Assembly (NCBI GenBank): GCA_000697335.1
Contig: JNEM01011617.1
Coordinates: 62,001 to 106,292, forward strand
Direction: 5' to 3'
DNA length: 44,292 bases
Source: Conidiobolus incongruus B7586
Taxonomy: Eukaryota
A program made the position numbers and the translations under genes. Below the pieces are notes generated by a model. The model worked only from the letters and a program-made list of their open reading frames with translations. It was not told the DNA's origin and ran no database searches. Within the stretch, counting starts at the first letter, position 1. Each line of letters starts with the position of its first letter. Below, piece by piece: positions 41,221 to 44,292 of this stretch.

Positions 41221-41893
41221 GATAATATTGATTATTAAGATCTTTAAATTGCTACAAGAGTTATGTTTGTTGATTATAATTCATACTAATACAATTTTAA
41301 GTAATATAATCAAATAAATATTAAAGAAAATTTTTTAGTTTAAAATTTGAAAATAATAAAGTTATACTTAAAATGAATGATCTCATAATTATCCAACAAT
41401 TTTGAGAATCCTAAATAATATTTTTTGAGAACTATAGTTTAACAACCGATATATTGGATCTTATTCAATTTTATCAATTATATAAGTTGTTATAAAAAAG
41501 TATAATTTGAGTTATTTCTAAATTTGTTCATATGGTAATTTGTCCTGTTGATTCGATTATAAGAAAGTTCTAGTCGTGATATAAATTACCATTTTTTATT
41601 ATTGTTTCCGTTAATCAAATTAGTATATAACCTCAATTTAACACAATCTATATTATATTTCAACCTATTTATAATGCCGATGCTTATTATTTACCTCTAA
41701 ATTAATGAGATTACTTATACTTGTTGGTTGAATTCAATGATTGAAGTATAACTAAAATCAATTATGATTGTTCAATATAATCAAAATTTCATATTATTTC
41801 ACATTTTAAGATTGCACAAAAACTAAAAATGGAATCAAAGTTATTGATTATAATGGGAAAATTAATTGTTGACACTTAAGAGGTAGTAATTCG

Positions 41894-41901
41894 TATATAT
41901 A
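41894..41901 (+). promoter_or_regulatory. candidate TATA box of gene F
   Basis: TATATATA 69 bp upstream of ATG 41963. Confidence 0.4.
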
Positions 41902-41962
41902 CTCTTACAGCCTAATAATCATAATAAAAACTGTCATAATTTTACTTTGAGCATTTTATACA

Positions 41963-42965
41963 ATGGATCCAATCAAAATCACAGATATAATAGGACAAAT
42001 TATGCATCCTATAGGATTCTCATGCTCTATACTTGTGCTTGCGGTCATTATCCTCCTTGGATGCATTGATTTCAATCATGTCAACAGAATGACAATCCGA
42101 TTGATTTTTGCCATTGCAGTCGCGGACTTCACAACCCATTTGGGCGAGTATTTGGCTCAAGGAACTCTACCCTATATCGGATCAGCTTACTGTACTCGAA
42201 TCATAATTTTTAGAGTGTTTGCCAGAATTTTTTATTGCTTTACCAATATTGCCATTAGTTTCCATCTTTACAGAGGGTTAGTTCTATTAAAGAAATCCAC
42301 ATGGAAGTTCGAGCTCGCCGTGTGGGTTTGTATATTCTTCGCAGTTACTCCAATTATGATAACTTTCCATTTTATGGGTGTTTTCACTGGAACTGAAAAA
42401 AAGAATGGTTGCGGTCCTGGATCCGATACTCCGCTCTATTCATCTATCTTCAACGTATTTTCAGGAGTCCTCTTTTGGGGGACTATTATCACCTGTGCTT
42501 ATGTCACTTATGTAGGCCATAAGAGTTTGACCCATTGGATCAATCATTTTGCGAATTCCAAGATCAATGGCGAAGAAGACCAGAGGAATTTCAAGAAGGA
42601 AAGAAGGAAAATGGCTGAAAGATCCTTTTTATACCCCTTATCCACTTGCATTACTCTCCCCCTCGAAGGCACTTATGCTATTTTGGCGACCGCTGGAATC
42701 CAATTTCGACCTCTTTTACCATTCATGGCATTTGTCAAAGGTCTCACAGGTGTTCTCACTCTTATCGCTTTTGCAATTGATCCAGCAGTTTGGAAGTCTT
42801 TGAGAATTGCAAAAGGTCAAGTGGCTGTTTGGATCAATGGTAATTCAAATAATTAATAGCTTTATTTGTAAAATATTACTAACACAATAAATAGGTTTGA
42901 CAGGAAAAAAGCAAAAACTTGATGATGAAAATTATCCAGAATCTCAAATTGAATTGCGTCCATAG
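41963..42965 (+). CDS. gene F: 7TM GPCR-like receptor, 315 aa; exons 41963-42839 and 42895-42965
   Basis: Family motifs intact. 55-nt intron GTAATT..TACTAAC (42877-42883)..AATAG (42840-42894); exon 2 GLTGKKQKLDDENYPESQIELRP*. Confidence 0.94.
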
Positions 42966-43530
42966 ATTCAAAAACAGACTTCTAATTTGTTTAAAATTAC
43001 TATTAAAGATATTTAATAATTATAAAGTATTAATAAAAATTAATTGAATCATTCATCTTATTTGGCATTTATTGGAATCCTTTAAATAGGATTAGTTCAT
43101 GTTTTAATACATTGTTAATATCATAACAAGATTATCCGTCAATTTTTCTTTTACAGTTTATTATTTCTAATTTTTAATGAGTGTAATTCTCGAACTATCA
43201 GTTAATATTATTAATATGGTCAATCATTATTAATTACTATGTATAATTATATTGTATTAAATGTTAAACTCTATATTATGTTTCATATTATATTCTATAA
43301 TATATTTTTTTCAAATTTTTCTAATTTATTACTTTTTTTTCCTGCTTAATATAATATTGGATAATTATCATTTATTTTAATGAATTTTCATAAATTTCTT
43401 ATCAATTAATCAATCTGTTAATTAATCTATACCAACTTTCAAAGATTTAATTGTTAATTCAATATTTATAATTAATCAATAACATAATTATTTTATAATA
43501 GTGGATATTAATATAATCTAAAATAATAAA

Positions 43531-43555
43531 TATTATTATTATTATTATTATTATT
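43531..43555. repeat. (TAT)8 microsatellite
   Basis: Read directly. Confidence 0.8.
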
Positions 43556-44292
43556 TTATAATTTTCAAAATTATTAATAGCTCTAAATTTTATTTCTAAT
43601 AAATTTTTACCATAATTGAAATTATTAATAATATTGATTATGCAATATTATAATTATGTTTTAGTTATAAATTAACTTTAAAATGTATTACTTAGGATAA
43701 AATTAAAAAACTTATTAGTTGTTTGAATTATAAACAATATAAATGGATTCACAATCCAGTGATAAATTCAAAAATAATAATTCATTTATCTAAAAAAATT
43801 ACATTTATACAAAATATATCCTCGAAATCAAGGATAATGAATTTTCTATTATTATTATAGAACATCAAATTTGAATCAACGGGTTCAAAATTAAAAAATA
43901 TATATTACTCATAGTTTGGAATTTTATATTTAAAACCTTTTCAAATATTTTGATGTTCAAAATAATTATAGTTGTTAACTAATTCTATAATTAAGTTCTA
44001 TAAATAGCTTTATTTATTTGTATTTAAATTTACTTTCATTATTAGTAAGAGAACCTTGTCATCAGAATAGATAAATCTATGGCACTCCTTGAAACAATAT
44101 ATATAAAGATATTATAAGACTAAATTAATAGATATTTGATGTATTATTATTTGATCCATAATATGATTAATTAATCTTATATATAAATCTTTTCATAATA
44201 TAGTTTTAATTTAAATATATTCATATATTTATCAATTATTTTTTTAAATTATTTATTTGGGAAATGTTTGTAAATTCTTATTATATATATAT

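Noticed and set aside
7030..42965. Microbial (type I) rhodopsin or Ste2/Ste3 pheromone receptor identity for the 7TM genes
   Set aside because: No DxxxK helix-G or RYxDW helix-C motif of type I rhodopsins; the ADF, TM3/ECL2 Cys pair and LYP pattern fit cAMP-receptor-like GPCRs better.
1..44292. CRISPR arrays, rRNA/tRNA genes, bacterial operons or terminators
   Set aside because: No regularly spaced repeats or structured RNA genes were seen, and spliceosomal introns show the DNA is eukaryotic.

Overview
Very AT-rich eukaryotic DNA with short (50-55 nt) GT-AG spliceosomal introns and (TA)n microsatellites. By inference this is an early-diverging fungus (Conidiobolus-like); the organism cannot be proven from sequence alone. 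The window is almost entirely a spaced-out cluster of one family of 7-transmembrane GPCR-like genes resembling fungal/Dictyostelium cAMP-receptor-like (CRL) receptors. There are six apparently intact paralogs: A 7030-8051 (+), B 10278-11276 (+), C 18832-17823 (-), D 32343-~31347 (-), E 36833-35806 (-) and F 41963-42965 (+). There are also two clear pseudogenes, psi1 ~2304-1460 (-) and psi2 ~27473-28442 (+). Each intact gene has one phase-1 intron at the same position, separating the 7TM core from a variable C-terminal tail, so the ORF track mispredicts their C-termini. All six carry two Arg at predicted pocket positions in TM3, but they differ in TM6/TM7 charges. D, E and F have a mid-TM7 lysine close to the position of the retinal-binding Lys of type II opsins. 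Extracellular and intracellular faces group the paralogs differently. Intergenic DNA holds a probable 333-bp solo LTR, a two-copy decayed coding-like repeat, and a possible relic of a second 7TM family. Intron models, residue numbering and alignments were done by eye.
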